From NCBI GenBank assembly GCA_001642005.1, contig LWCA01000137.1:1-48484 (forward strand): a stretch of 48,484 nt of DNA, given 5' to 3'. Made by a program: the position numbers and the translations under genes. This document shows positions 24,349-37,650 of the stretch, in pieces. The notes under the pieces were generated by a model. It had not been told where the DNA came from. It saw only the letters and a list, made by a program, of their open reading frames with translations, and ran no database searches. Source of the stretch: Intoshia linei. Taxonomy: Eukaryota; Animalia; Orthonectida. The stretch's first letter is position 1. Each line of letters begins with the position of its first letter.

Positions 24349-26559
24349 ATGAGATTGGATTATTACAACATTTTACAAATTAACCAAAGCAGTGTTGATG
24401 CAGACATAAAAAAAGCGTAATATAAAATTTTGATTAAAATTTTGATTAAAATTTTTTTATTATTAATATAATTTTAATCAATTGATACATTCATTCCGTC
24501 AATTAGATTTAAATTGGTTTTTAGTTACAGAAAACTGGCATTAAAATGGCATCCTTATAAAAATGAAGATTATGCTAGTGCAATCGAAACATTTACGAAA
24601 TTGGCTGAAGCATATGAAATTTTAGTGAATCGTATATAAAAATATTACATTTAAAAAATAAATAAAAGCTAAAACGCGTCAAATATATGACTTGTATGGA
24701 GAGGATAGTCTCAAAAATGGAGTTCCATTTCAATCTGAGGAAGGACAAGGATGGTATAAAGGATATGTTTTTCATAATGACCCCTATTTTACATTCAAAC
24801 AATTTTTCGGCGGAGATAATCCATTTCAAGGTACCATTTTTTATAAATATTTTATTATTTTTTGTTAATTATATTATGATTAGAATTTTACAATGTCGTG
24901 GATCGAGAAAAAAATTTCAATTTTGGAAATGTTAAAGCTTTAAAACCGAAAGTACAAGATAGTCCAGTTATTCGAAACATAGAATTGACTTTGGAAGAAC
25001 TATATCATGGTTGTTTAAAAAAAATGAAAATATCAAGAAGAGTAATTTTTATCGCATATGTGATTCTCAGAAATTGAGGCCTTCAGTGCCAAAAATCCAA
25101 ATTACTTTTTTTTTTAAATAAAATTTTCCTAGAATTTAAAAAAATATACTTTCGTGGATAGTGTTTTATATCATGATCATTAAAATCGCAATTTACAAAA
25201 CTTTTTTTGATTTTATCAAAGCCAAACCACAGATTACTCTCTTTTTGTATTCCTATAATTTAAAAAAATTCACATCCAATATAATCATTTTCAGTTAACA
25301 TACACAAAATATTTGAATCTCACAAATTGACGTCTTCAAGTTTAGAAAAAAGCAATTAAAAAAGCAATTTAGATTTTTTTTATTTGAAAACTACTTATTA
25401 CAAATTGTACTGTATTTTAAACCTAACAATATTTAATAACAATTAGAACTATAATTTAAAAAAACATAAAACTATTATTATCATGTTTATTAGGTATTAA
25501 ATGAAGACGGACACACGTCACACGTAAGAGACAAAATATTGAATATTAACGTAGAAAAAGGTTGGCAAGAGGGAACAAAAGTAATTTTCAAAAACGAAAG
25601 CGATCAAGGTCCAAATTCGATTCCGGGTACGGTATATTGTAAATTTTTTTGCACGAAAATACTAATATTAAATAATGAGAATATTCTTAAACCCAACCAT
25701 TTTTACTAAAAATCCACTTTTAGAAACCCCTAAGGAAAAACCCTATTTTTACCAACCCTTATGGGAAAACCCATTTTAACCAACCTTTTATGTGAAAAAG
25801 AAAATGCAAACAGCGTGCTTGAAGGGCTGAATTTTCTAAAAGAGGTAAACAGTGTATAATTCAAACAATTACGACTGACGAAGGCAAGGCATATCAAAAA
25901 ACTATGGAAACCATTGGTAGTTCCACCATATGGGTTAATTGTTGCTTTAACGTAAAAACTTTAATTGAATCTGATGCTTCCGGGATAACTTGTTTATCAC
26001 TAATCTTTCTATTTGAGAATTCCGCAATTCTGTAAAACTGGATTATTCCCTTAAAGGTTGGTAAAACTGGAATTTTTCCTTTAAAGGTTGGTAAAACTGA
26101 ATTTTTCTTTTTAGTGTTGGTAAATTTTGATTTTTAGTAAAAATGGTTGGATTTAAGTAGACAACTTTAAATAATTATTATAATCTAGCTGACGTGATAT
26201 TCAATATTGAAATAATGCATCACCAAACCTTTCAAAGAAGTGAAAATGATTTAATTTATACAGCGAAAATAAAATTGAGTCAAGCTCTATGCGGTTTGAT
26301 TCTTAATATCGAAACACTGGATAAAAGAATTTTATCTATTCCAATTAATCACATTGTGACGTAAAATATAAATCTATTACATGTAAATATAAAAAATAGA
26401 CCATCCTACAAAAAAATTGTGAATGGAGAAGGAATGCCCATTCATGTCAAAAATCAATCAACTAACGAATATGGAAATTTGATTATTGTATTTGATATTG
26501 AATTTCCAAAAAAGCTTTCTCAAGATAAAAAAAATTTAATAACTTTATCTCTCAAATAA
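24349..26559 (+). CDS. DNAJB13: DnaJ homolog subfamily B member 13 (radial-spoke HSP40/RSP16-like), 7 exons
   Basis: MRLDYYNIL..DIKKA|YRKLALKWHPYKN..AEAYEIL J-domain, FFGGDNPF, LTLEELYHGCLKKMKISRR|VLNEDGHTS, GWQEGTK, EGMP and FDIEFP; TAA at 26557-26559. The non-HPD tripeptide and ISRRVLNEDG are typical of DNAJB13. Confidence 0.9.
25677..26166 (+). mobile_element. Mutator-like (MULE/foldback) internal-deletion element in DNAJB13 intron 5
   Basis: Perfect 9-bp TSD TTAAATAAT (25668-25676 and 26167-26175). TIRs of ~120 bp made of 30-bp tandem units. The interior encodes IIQTITTDEGKAYQKTMETIGSSTIWVNCCFN, matching the MULE D-x20-C-x2-H spacing with H changed to N. Confidence 0.8.
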
Positions 26560-27006
26560 TGTCCAATATAAATATTTTAATAAAAATTTAGTTTAAACTT
26601 TTAATAATAATACATAATATAATAATGCATACATGTACTTTTGTACTAATTTACACTTGAATTTCAAAATGCAAGTAATGAATATGGAAATTTGTAATTT
26701 TGGTGAGTTTTTATTGAATCGTTCAACTATGTTTAAATCTTGGTTTTATTAAATTTGTAAAAACAAACAATGACTATCAAATATTTCATGATGAATAATA
26801 ATTTAATCTTCATTTTATATGGATAAATTCAGTTGTTTGGTAGCGATAGGTAAAACTTTGATTCAGTTGGATTCCAGAGTCGTCAAAATTTTACTATAAA
26901 TAAATTTGTAAATATTGTACAATTCTTACAGTATGATTCATGATTCAAACAAATGGTAACCAAGTTCAATTTTGGAAAATTTTAAATTTTGCGTTTTAAT
27001 TTATAA

Positions 27007-30000
27007 ATGGTACTGTTTTATTAAACCACTTTTAATTTACCATCTTAAAAACTGATTAACTGTTTAAATTTAGTTATTATCAAGGTCCAATGTTAAAATT
27101 GGAGAAAGTTTATTGGAAAAGGATAAAGATTTGTTTTCTTTTGAAGATTACGTTGAAAAACGGGACTATTCTGCTGCCATTACTCTACTAAATGTACATT
27201 TTTATTAAAATTATACTATTCAAAATTTAATGATAACGTAGTTTCATGAAAGTTTCAAGCCTTTAATAGGGAATTTGGAGGAATGGTTAGCGTATTGTAA
27301 TTTTCATGCTGGAGACTACAATAATTGCTTACAGGTACAAATTTATGCCATACCATCAAACTAAGACTGATTTTTTAAAAATTTCAACAAAATATATAAA
27401 AATTAGGATTTGCGAATTTAATTTAGTCAGATGATTTTATATCACGTTGATCCGTTCAGAATTAAAAAGTTTGGTGGTCATTATATTAATATAGTGTATT
27501 AATAAAAGCTAAAATTATTAATATAAGATTTATGAAAAGATTCAGAAAAATAAAAAATTTGAATCTAAAAATTATAAAGATTTTTATTTAAATTACGCTT
27601 GTGTATTATTTATGATGGGAGAATACGAAAAAGTTGAAGAAATTATCAAAAAAGGTATTATTTTAATTATAATTAATATTACATGAATTAAGAATTAAGT
27701 AAGAATTTATTTATTTTTGAATTTACATAATTATTAGAAAAAAATTCTCCGTTGAGAAATCGGTTGGCTATACACGTTTACAACAAACTGATTAAAGAAC
27801 GAGAAATGATGGAATATCATGGACACATTGAAAATGTTGTTGAAGACAAATTAACTATGGCCGCTGTACATTATTTGAGAACAAATTTTCAGGATTCTAT
27901 AGATATCTATAAACGTCTTTTGTTAGAAAACAGGTATTAATTTTTATTAAATTTAATGGTTACAGAAAAATTGGTTTGAAGGTATTTTGGGGTTAGTTAA
28001 TTTAGTGGTTTCTAACTGAACAATATCGCCCAGGGGTGATTTTTAAATTTTTGGTACATTAGTAATTCACTAATATTAATATCACAAAATCTCTAAAATC
28101 TACAATGTACATTGTACATTGGGGTATCCACCTTTGATGTGTTTTTTTTATTAGAAAACCCATTTTTCATGTAGATGTCTTTTTAATTTCAGTATTGGTT
28201 TGCCCATGTTTTGTGGACTATTTTGTTTTTTTAAATTAAATTCTAGTTCATTTATTTTGGTTTTTACGAAATTCATTTTGAGTTGATAATATATTAAAAA
28301 TTATTTTCCAACGGGAATGCGCAGATTTCTGGAGTTAAAATTTCGTATTTATATAAAATGGAATAAGTAGTATCAGATTAATCTTTTTTTTAAATTATAG
28401 ACCGTTAATTATTTCACATTTTTTGCTTTAATAAAATAGTTTCGAATTGAAAAAAATGACTATTAAAGTGCTTTTTTGACCATTAAGGTATCACTTTAGT
28501 AGATTGAAAATTTTTATGTGTATTAACTGGATATAACTGCATAATCTGTATTTAATTTAATTTAATCTGTTTTAATTTTTCAAAAAAGAGTAATCTGGGT
28601 TTTTGACTGTAAAAATTATCTTTTTTGAGGTTACCATTTATGATAATGCTTATGAATTTAAAAGCCATCCTAGAATTTATCCTTACTTATATAATATGCT
28701 ATGCTATATTTGTTTGTCTATGTGTTACTGTTTATTTCAATAACTACCAGTCTTAGAATTTTATAAAGTCCACATTTCAATTACAGTTTTTTTCCGGGAC
28801 ATATAATAAGATAAATTTTAACCTCTCAAACTCACATCTTATGAATTAAAAACCGCAATTGTCCTTTTTTTTGAAATTCGAACAAGTTGGAGAATTTAAA
28901 ATAATATATACGCTTTGACGGATTTGAAAATCATAATCATTATCATAAATTTAAATAAATTATATCTTCAGGGCCAAAACCATAAATGACCCTTTTTTTA
29001 TGAAAACAACCCTAGAATTTAAAAAAATAAAATAAAAAAATAATAAATAAAATTTACAAGTGGTACAGTTGTATCTTGTTAACACATAAAAAAAATATTA
29101 ATTCGAACAAGTGACGACTTCATGTTTAAAAAAGCATGTTAGTATTCATATATTTTTTTTCCAAAATATTTTATTAAAACAAAAAATGTGAAATAATTAA
29201 CGGTCCGAAAATTAAAAAAAAAAAATTATTATGATAGAGCTTATTTCAATTGATATAAATACAAAATTTTAACCCCTGAAATCTACGCATTCTCAGTGAA
29301 AAATAATTTTTAATATATTATCAACCAATATTTTTCTAATATTTCGATTAAAATAAAAATTTAAAAGGTAAATATTGATCCTACAATTTCAAAAAAAATG
29401 TGCAGTGAACGTCTACACATTTCCAATTATAATAAAAATCTATATAATTCATTTCTTCGGAATTTTTATATAGGATTTTTAAGTTAGATTTTCAACGTAA
29501 ATTTATCTTTTTGGTATAATAAAAATGCAACCTACACTCTTGTCAATCTTTAAAGGAGTTGACCCAAACTAGTTTCACATGGACCCGTCATTTCACATTA
29601 AATTTGAATTTTAATTTAAAGAGAATTATTTCTATTTTAATTTTTTTAATTTTAGAGAAAATTATGCGATTCATTTTTATGTGGCTCAAAATTACTACAA
29701 AATGGAATATTTTGAATTGTCTCAGGTAATTTGTTTTTGTATTAACATTTGTTAACTAAAATTACAAATTAGGAATGTCTCGCAAATTATTTACGACAAT
29801 ATAGTGACAGTATAATCGCTTTAAATTTAAAAGCGTGTAATCTATACAAACTTTTCAAGGAAAAGGCAGCAGAGGTTTAAATTTGAATTTGTTAATTTAT
29901 AAATTATAATTGTCTACCGATTTATCATTCGATATTTAGAACATTATTTACGAAATTTTTGAAAAATTAAATAGAAACGGAGAACAACAATTTTGTTTTG

Positions 30001-33000
30001 CTCAAGATTTATTAAACCACAATTTGGTAGTTTTCAGAAACGGTGAAGGTGCTCTCAATATTTTGCCAAAACTGATTCATCTTATTCCTGAAGCTAAATT
30101 TAACTTGATAATCTACTATCTAAAAAATAGTATACTATTTATTATAATTATTATTATTAATTAAAATGATTGATACATGTATGCATGTAATGTATTGCAT
30201 AAATTGTAATTGATGTCAATCGTTTTGTCAAATTCTTCAAGTTTTGTACGTTTGTTATCACGCAATACACTTGACAATATACAATTTACTTTTCACCTTT
30301 CCATTTTTATTAGATGTCTTGGATGAAGCTCAAAAATTAGTCAATACAATCAAACCAAAAAAACCAATTGAATACACATTACATGCAATTCTTAATGTCA
30401 TGATTGGACAACAGAATGAATCTGTACATTTTAAAGTGTCTTTTAATGTATAATTTTGTTTAGAGGCAACATTTAAAAATGGCACAACAGTACTTTCAAG
30501 TAGGTAAATGTGCAATATGATTTCTATGAACATTTATATTTAGTGGGTGGATCAAAATCTGAATGTGACACTATTCAAGGCAGGCAAGCAACCGCATCAT
30601 GTTATTTATTGTTGAGACAATTTGACAATGCATTGTTGTATATGACATCTATCAAGGTACAAATTGATGGTTTGAGACAGACATTTAAAAAAAATTTAGA
30701 CGTATTTTACAAATGATGATGTATTCAGTTTTAATATGGCCCAAGCTAAAGCAGGAATTGGCAGATATGATGAAGCGGAAGAAGTAACTTATTCAATTTA
30801 AAATCAATTACCAATTTCATATCTTCAAGTTCTTTTTTTAATATTTCTAATCATTGTACATTATATGATATTTCGTTTTCTTTCATTGTATCTAAAAATG
30901 ACACAAGCAAAAGGCATATTTTATGTAAAGTACTCATCATTGAGCAAGCATCATTAATCTATTTTGAAAATATTTTTTGATAATTTTACTCAGGATTATC
31001 GATCTAAAATTCTTCAAACATTTCTGATACCTGACGTTATGTCACGTTAGTGCAATGCAATGCTACATGACAAACAACGTATACAATGTATACCAGGAGT
31101 TACCAAAGTGGCCGATACAATGTACAATCATTACAAGTTTAAAAATTAAAAAAAAATCTTTTTTTTTATTTTTTATCTTGACAGTCCATATCCAGATGGT
31201 ATTACCCACCTATTAACTTTTAAAAGATATTTGATCACTCCCACCCGTTATAATCATATAATTAAAATGCGTAAATAAAGATCAAACTATCTAATAATCA
31301 GAGCCAAAGCCCAGATTACCCTTTTTTAAAAAATGAAAATAGTCGTCGAATTTTAAAAAAACTTACAGTGTATACAGATATGTCCAGTTAACACACATAA
31401 AAAATTTAAACCTGACAAAGTAACGCCTTCGCGGTAAAATTTTATTATTTAATTTATTTTTTCGGTCCATTTAAAAAAGGTCCGCCTCTGCATAAATAGA
31501 TGCTATTTGTAAGAAGTACATAACAGTCAAATTAGTACATGATAAAAAGATAATTTTTTTATATTTTTGGCCATTGGAGGTGACATGTTATCACAGGTAT
31601 ATTTCCCATATTTGTACTTTTTTAATATAAAACATTTTCTTAAAAATATATATTTAGACATTTTTACTTATACAAGACGAACAAATTAAAAGAGAATACA
31701 CTTTTATTTCATGGCTAGTTAGATGTTGTAATTAATTAATGTACTAATAAATACACTAAATTAACGAAAACTAAAATTTTGATAAAATAACATTAAAATA
31801 AAAAATATTTTAGATATAATGCTGAAAAAACCACGTCTAGCGTGGGAATTATATTTAAAAACCGAAAGTACATTTGATTCCTTTAAACTCTTAGAATTGA
31901 TTGCTAATGATTGTTACAAGGTAAACATTTTATAATCATAATAAATATAATATATATATAAAATAAATATAATTATAATAAATTTTATATTATGATGACC
32001 CATCCATCACTTTCCTATTATTTGAAATTAATAGGTGATGTTAGAAAAAAATTTCGCGCCACATACGAAAATTTTTTCACTCTAGCAAGGTATCGTTAAA
32101 AAAAGTTGTCAATATCATTATTATACATTTTGTCTAATAGACAGTCTATATCGGGTTCACTATTTACATCTACCCGCGCCCACTCTTGACTCTCAATGTT
32201 TCTGATTGTATGTAGGGATGTTTGATATGATTTTAGTACGTTTTGACTGTGAAAACGTTAATTACGAAGATTAAATTTTTTTCTGTATATCTACTAGGAT
32301 TTAATTTTTTTCATTTGATTTGATTTAATTAATTGATGTAGTTTTTTTTAATTTTTCAATGATAAAAAAAATGATGAATAAAAAAAAAATTAAAATGTAA
32401 ATCTTAAAGTAAAATGTATCTTAATTTTTGTACCGGAAAAAATTGATTTACATTTTGTGTTTTTTAAATTTCTGGGACTCATTTTTCTAAATAAATGATT
32501 ACACACGGATAGACATATTTATAGCAACTGTAACTCTATTTTTCATTTTTTAAAAAAATTTATCATACTCATGATATAAAAAACTATTCCAAAATTTATC
32601 CTTACTTAAATAAAATGCTTTGTTTTTCTATGTGTGTGTTATCGTTTATTTCAATAACTATCAGTTTTAGCATTTTATAAAGTTCACATTTCTAATTTAG
32701 TTTTCTCTGGAGGTAAAGTAAGATAAATTTCAACCTCCGAAACTAACATTTTACGGGTAAAAAAGCCCAATATTATTTTTTTTTTGAAAATCAAACGATT
32801 TCGAGAATTTAAAAAAATAAATGCTCTGATAAGGATTTTAAAATCATAAATATTATCATAAATTTAAATTTTAAAAAAAATCTTCAGGTTTAAAAAAGCA
32901 CTTTAGTATTTCATTAGAACTAAAAAAATGGAATAATTAACAGTTCGAAAATTAAAAAAAATCGATTATTCTGATAGAGCTTATTCCAGTTGATATAATT

Positions 33001-34651
33001 ACAAAATTTCAACCCCAGAAATCTACGCATTCCCGGTGAAAAATAATTTTTAATATATTATCAACCAATAAAAATGATCCTACAATTTCAAAAAAAATGT
33101 GCATTGAACGTCTACAGATGTTCAATAAAGAAATATTGGTGAAAATCTATATAATTCATTCCTTCGAATTTTTTTCATTGCTACGCAATTTTTCTTTCTC
33201 AAATACACATTTTTAAAAAATTTACGAAATTTATTTTAAAACTACAGCAACTAAAACTACAACTTTGTTATCATCATTTTTGTATTTATTATAATACTTT
33301 CCAATGTTGGTAAAATTCATCCGAAATATGTTTTTAAACTGCTACTTTAATTAATTATTAACCGTTAATTATTGATGCAAAATTAATATTTTTTACTCGT
33401 CGAAAGAAGATACTGAATATACAGGTTTATTTACAGTTTTATTTTTTATGGAATTTAAGCTCAATATTTATTTTGACAATTTTTAGGATTTACTATTTTG
33501 GCTTTATTTTTAAAATCATACACTCAGTATCTCTAATTAATTGAATTAATGGGATCACAAAATTATTTTTAAAATGCTATACAAAAGTGATAACTAAATA
33601 AAATTAAGTAGGATTATTCATTTTAAATACGGTTAACCGTTTACTGTCCAGCGTTCCATTAATGGAACACTTGTTTTAATTATTCATAGCGGCTCAATTA
33701 TATGATATTTATCAATTAATAAAAATGAATTAGATTTATTAAAATACGAAGGTAATGTTAAATTCAAGTTTAGGAATGACTAAATGATTTTCAATAATGA
33801 GTACCATTTTTAATTAAGATTTTATTATTGAATTTTTTTTTGGTATAATTAGATAAGTCAGGCAGAGCTAGGTGCTGATTGTACGTAGTACAAAACAGCC
33901 AAGCTAGTGTTTTATAAAATTCCGCGATTCTTTTAAATTTTTTTGAAAAGATAGTTTTTAGTTTTGGGCATGAAGATGTTTTGAGATTGAGATTTACGAT
34001 AATGGTAAGATTTTAATAACTGTCCAAGAATGTATTTTTTTTAAATTCTAGGTCTCATTTAATTTTGAAAAAGGGGCTTTGGGTTTTTAACCCTGAAAGA
34101 CCAATTTTTTAAGATGACATTTACGATATAACCTCACTCTCGAAAGACTATTAGAAATTAGTTTTTTTAAAACTCTATACCTCTTACTTTCTTAAATAAA
34201 CTAGAACAAACTAAGATACATACATTTTTAGCTAAATTACTTTATATAAGTTAGACTTTTTCATGGATTTGTGTTTGTTCAAATCAACTTTTCCAAAAAA
34301 TTGATTAAAATGTAGATTGGCGAACTGTGCTGTATTTCGTTTGAATAACTTTATTTAGATGGGACATTTTTTTTATGCAGCAAAAGCATTCGACGAATTG
34401 GATAAAATGGATTCGGACAATGATTTCTGGGTAGCCAAAAGAGGTGCATGTATTGGTGCATTTCAAATGGCTGTTGCGCAAAAGGATAACACTGAAAACC
34501 AGTAATAAATAACTATAAAATGTTGACATTGATTATAAACTTGTGTAGAGAAAATTTAAAGATAATTTTGGACATTCTCAATGAAACAAACACCCCTCAA
34601 AGTGATCATATTTCGTTGATAATAAAAGGGTGGCTGACGAATGAATTATAA
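27007..34651 (+). CDS. TTC26: Intraflagellar transport protein 56 (TPR protein 26), 16 exons
   Basis: ATG-only first coding exon, then LLSRSN... Motifs [100 protein letters not shown] and [21 protein letters not shown]; TAA at 34649-34651. Confidence 0.95.
28680..29142 (+). mobile_element. Non-autonomous Helitron-like element in TTC26 intron 5
   Basis: A|TCCTTACTTATATAATATGC ... AAAAAAGCATGTTAG|T; close copy of 13663. Confidence 0.65.
32599..33170 (+). mobile_element. Helitron-like copy plus the ~270-bp 3' extension also seen at 29170-29460
   Basis: The core ends AAAAAAGCACTTTAG|T at 32906. It is followed by gatagagcttatt..gaaatctacgcatt..gaaaaataatttttaatatattatcaaccaata, as after the 28680 copy. 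Confidence 0.6.
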
Positions 34652-34780
34652 AATACTTTCATTGTCATTGAAAATAAACATTAAAACTACTTGATTATCA
34701 TTTATAACTATAATTGTAATATAAGGAGACTGTTGGAAATAAAAAGATGAAATATAAAAAAATAAATATGTATTAAATAG

Positions 34781-35972
34781 TTAAAAATTGACCATATTAT
34801 TTGTCGTAGAAAGTTGACTAAAAGCTCTATAATCTTGTGTAGAAGTAATTTGAGGTAGTTTGTTTAAATTGTGTGAAGGAGAACGTGTATTTTTGGATAA
34901 ATTTGAATGTGGATCATAAAATTCTGAATAAGTCATGTTTACTTTTTTGTCTTTAGAAAACGCAATATTAATATCATTCAAAGAATTCAATTTGTCTATA
35001 ATGAAAATGAAAACTATAAAAAATATAATATACTATTTAAAGAATCGGTCATAATTGGTTTTCCGTAGTTTTTATCTTCCGCGTGGGATAAGAAATAAGA
35101 GGTATTTGGCATTAAATTTTGATTAGTTGCATGCGGAATTAGAGGAGATGTTGGATTATACATTGATTGATTCGTCATTAAATTAGATTTGTCTATATTC
35201 CTATCGTTTAAGATGGAATTTACAAAATTAGACGATTTGTGAACGTTCATGTACGAATCTAAATGAAAAATTTAAAAAATAAAAATATGTAGTGATAAAT
35301 TTAAATACCATTAAAATTGGTATTATCAAAGGTGGAATACGAATCATGATTTAAATTGAGATCGTACCCACTATACGTTGGATAATCGTATCGAAATTTT
35401 TTTTTACGTTTCATGGAGAGAGGTGATATATTGTTGCTAAAAATGCTGTCACTAATAGGAGGTAGTGCATTTATATTGGAAATTTGCTCTTTGGAATCCA
35501 AACAACTTGGTTTCATTGGATTTTTGCAAATGTTCATTGAGTGTAACACATTATTACCATAATATTGGTTTTCAGGTACAAAGTTTGATTTGTATTGATC
35601 TTCTGGTATAGGAGGCAAATTATAAAAATTATTTCTGGGGCTTGAATTGTCACCAATTGGTGGCATAAAATCGTAACTATCAGTAATACTTCCGTTGTAT
35701 TTTTTACTCAACATTCCTACAATATCTTCATTTGTTCTGTTTTCTTGTGGTTCTTTGCTGTCAGCGTATTTCATCAGTACCTTGTTAATGTTATCATTAG
35801 AAAACTGAAACAATCGACCAGACGAATTGAATATGATTAGAGCCACTTCACAATCGCATAAAATGCTCAATTCGTAGGCTTTCTTCATCAAACCAAACTT
35901 ACGTTTTGTAAATGTAACTTGTCTATTTCTTTCATCGGCAATACGCGAGATTTTGATTTTTTTTCTGCCCAT
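34781..35972 (-). CDS. MEF2: Myocyte enhancer factor 2 (MADS-box/MEF2 transcription factor), 3 coding exons
   Basis: [50 protein letters not shown] followed by the MEF2 domain ([16 protein letters not shown]). Exons 35972-35309, 35258-35034 and 34995-34781 join in frame. Confidence 0.96.
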
Positions 35973-37276
35973 TGTAATAAATTGTCCTAAATTTGGATAT
36001 CAATAAAAAAAATGTAAAAATTTCTAAAATATTAAATGTTTTTAATTTCAACATTGTAGATAACATTGTTGGACCATAAAATGAAACTATTCCTAACAGT
36101 AACAAAATTTCAAATTTTTCAGATAATGTACAAAAATCTATTTATAATTACAGGTAAGAATGCTAATTTTAGAAATCACGTGGGTTATTTTTAACTATCG
36201 GGACACGGATTATATACTGATTATAAATAGATTTACTTGTTGAATCTAAATTTGTAGATTTTTAAATTCCGATAAAATAATATCAACAGGTTATATTGGG
36301 AAATATGAAAAATGACAAAGTATTTACAGTAAGGTGGTTCAATTGTTGCAGAAATATTTTTAGTACTACACAATTAGACACATGATAATATTGTGCTTTA
36401 TTGGACTGTTTAACTATATTGCACAATACCATTACTTTGTAAGCTTTGTTATGCCGTCGCATTGTTTTCTAAAATAATCTTGTCATTCCATTGATGAAAA
36501 TTTCCCATTATATTGTACAATGTACATTACTTTTCATAGTTTTACGCCTACTAATTTACCAATTTATTTTTACCGCTCTATCTATCTATACTTTGTCAAG
36601 TATTGGACAAAATTCTTAAAATAGCATCAGTCTACCGCATTATTGTATTCATTCTTTTCTTTAATCTAAATCATTAATATTTAATTTTACATTTTAAATT
36701 TTGTTAATTGAATATAGCTACAAGTTATTAATTAATATAATCTACATTGGTGGATATTAAACTTTTTGGTATATCATCCCACTTTTTAACCCTAATAAAT
36801 GTAAAGTTCAAAGTTAGTGATTATGTCTTTTGCGTTGTATTCTTAAATCAAAAAGTTGTATTAACGTTTAATTTAAATAGTATGTTTTTAAAAAAAATCA
36901 TAGAAATATATAGTTTATTCATCACGTTTTGTTAAATATTTGAATTTCACAAAATAATAAAAATACAACTATTGCAATTAAAATTGGAACATTGACTAAT
37001 GGGTTTCACATCACACTATATTAGTAGTCAGCAAACTTTTTGAATCTTGGCTCAGATATAAAAAACAACAAATTTAGTCTATTAAAATATTTTTTCTAAA
37101 TAAATTTCTATAATAACACTTTAAAACTATAAATACATTTAAATTTACAGTTTTACTTATAAAAATTAAAGTTCTCCGAAATATTGTCAAGGGAGGGGTT
37201 TCCACATTTTTTTAACGGTGGACCGGTAATAAATTATAAAATTTATCGCAGACCGTTAAAACGAAATTACTAGAAC

Positions 37277-37650
37277 TAGTGATTGTGATTTCCCGGAAAA
37301 TGACAAAAGTCGAGAATCGGGAAAAATAAAAAATTTTAGAGACCTTAATTAATTTTAGAAACAAAAAGAAAGTTAATTAATGAAATAACACGAATCTAGA
37401 TTGAAATTTACAAATTAAATTAGAAAAAAATTTATATATTTTTTTGTTGAAAAAGTGTTTCAAAACACATAATATTGATAGATTCGTCTTTTAAACGCGT
37501 TCTACGTTTTTTAACGAAATTAGAAGCAGTAGAGAAATTTCTTTCATTTTATGTTGACGTAGGTTGAACGATCATCAGGGCTTCCTTTAATTGTAACAAT
37601 CTTGATGGTAGCGTTCCAGTTCGTAACAAATCATAATATTTTTCATAATA
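37277..37650 (-). mobile_element. hAT transposon 3' remnant
   Basis: The minus strand encodes ALMIVQPTST*NERNFSTASNFVKKRRTRLKDESINIMCF (hAT C-terminal dimerisation motif). Probable terminus TAGTGATTG.. with CCCG/CGGG subterminal motifs. Confidence 0.7.

Noticed and set aside
26030-26130. 30-bp tandem repeats resembling a CRISPR array
   Set aside because: No unique spacers; they form the TIR of a MULE with a 9-bp TSD inside a eukaryotic intron.
26820-26965. RFX X-box upstream of TTC26 (ATGGTAAC half-site)
   Set aside because: Only a half-site matches; no convincing full palindrome.
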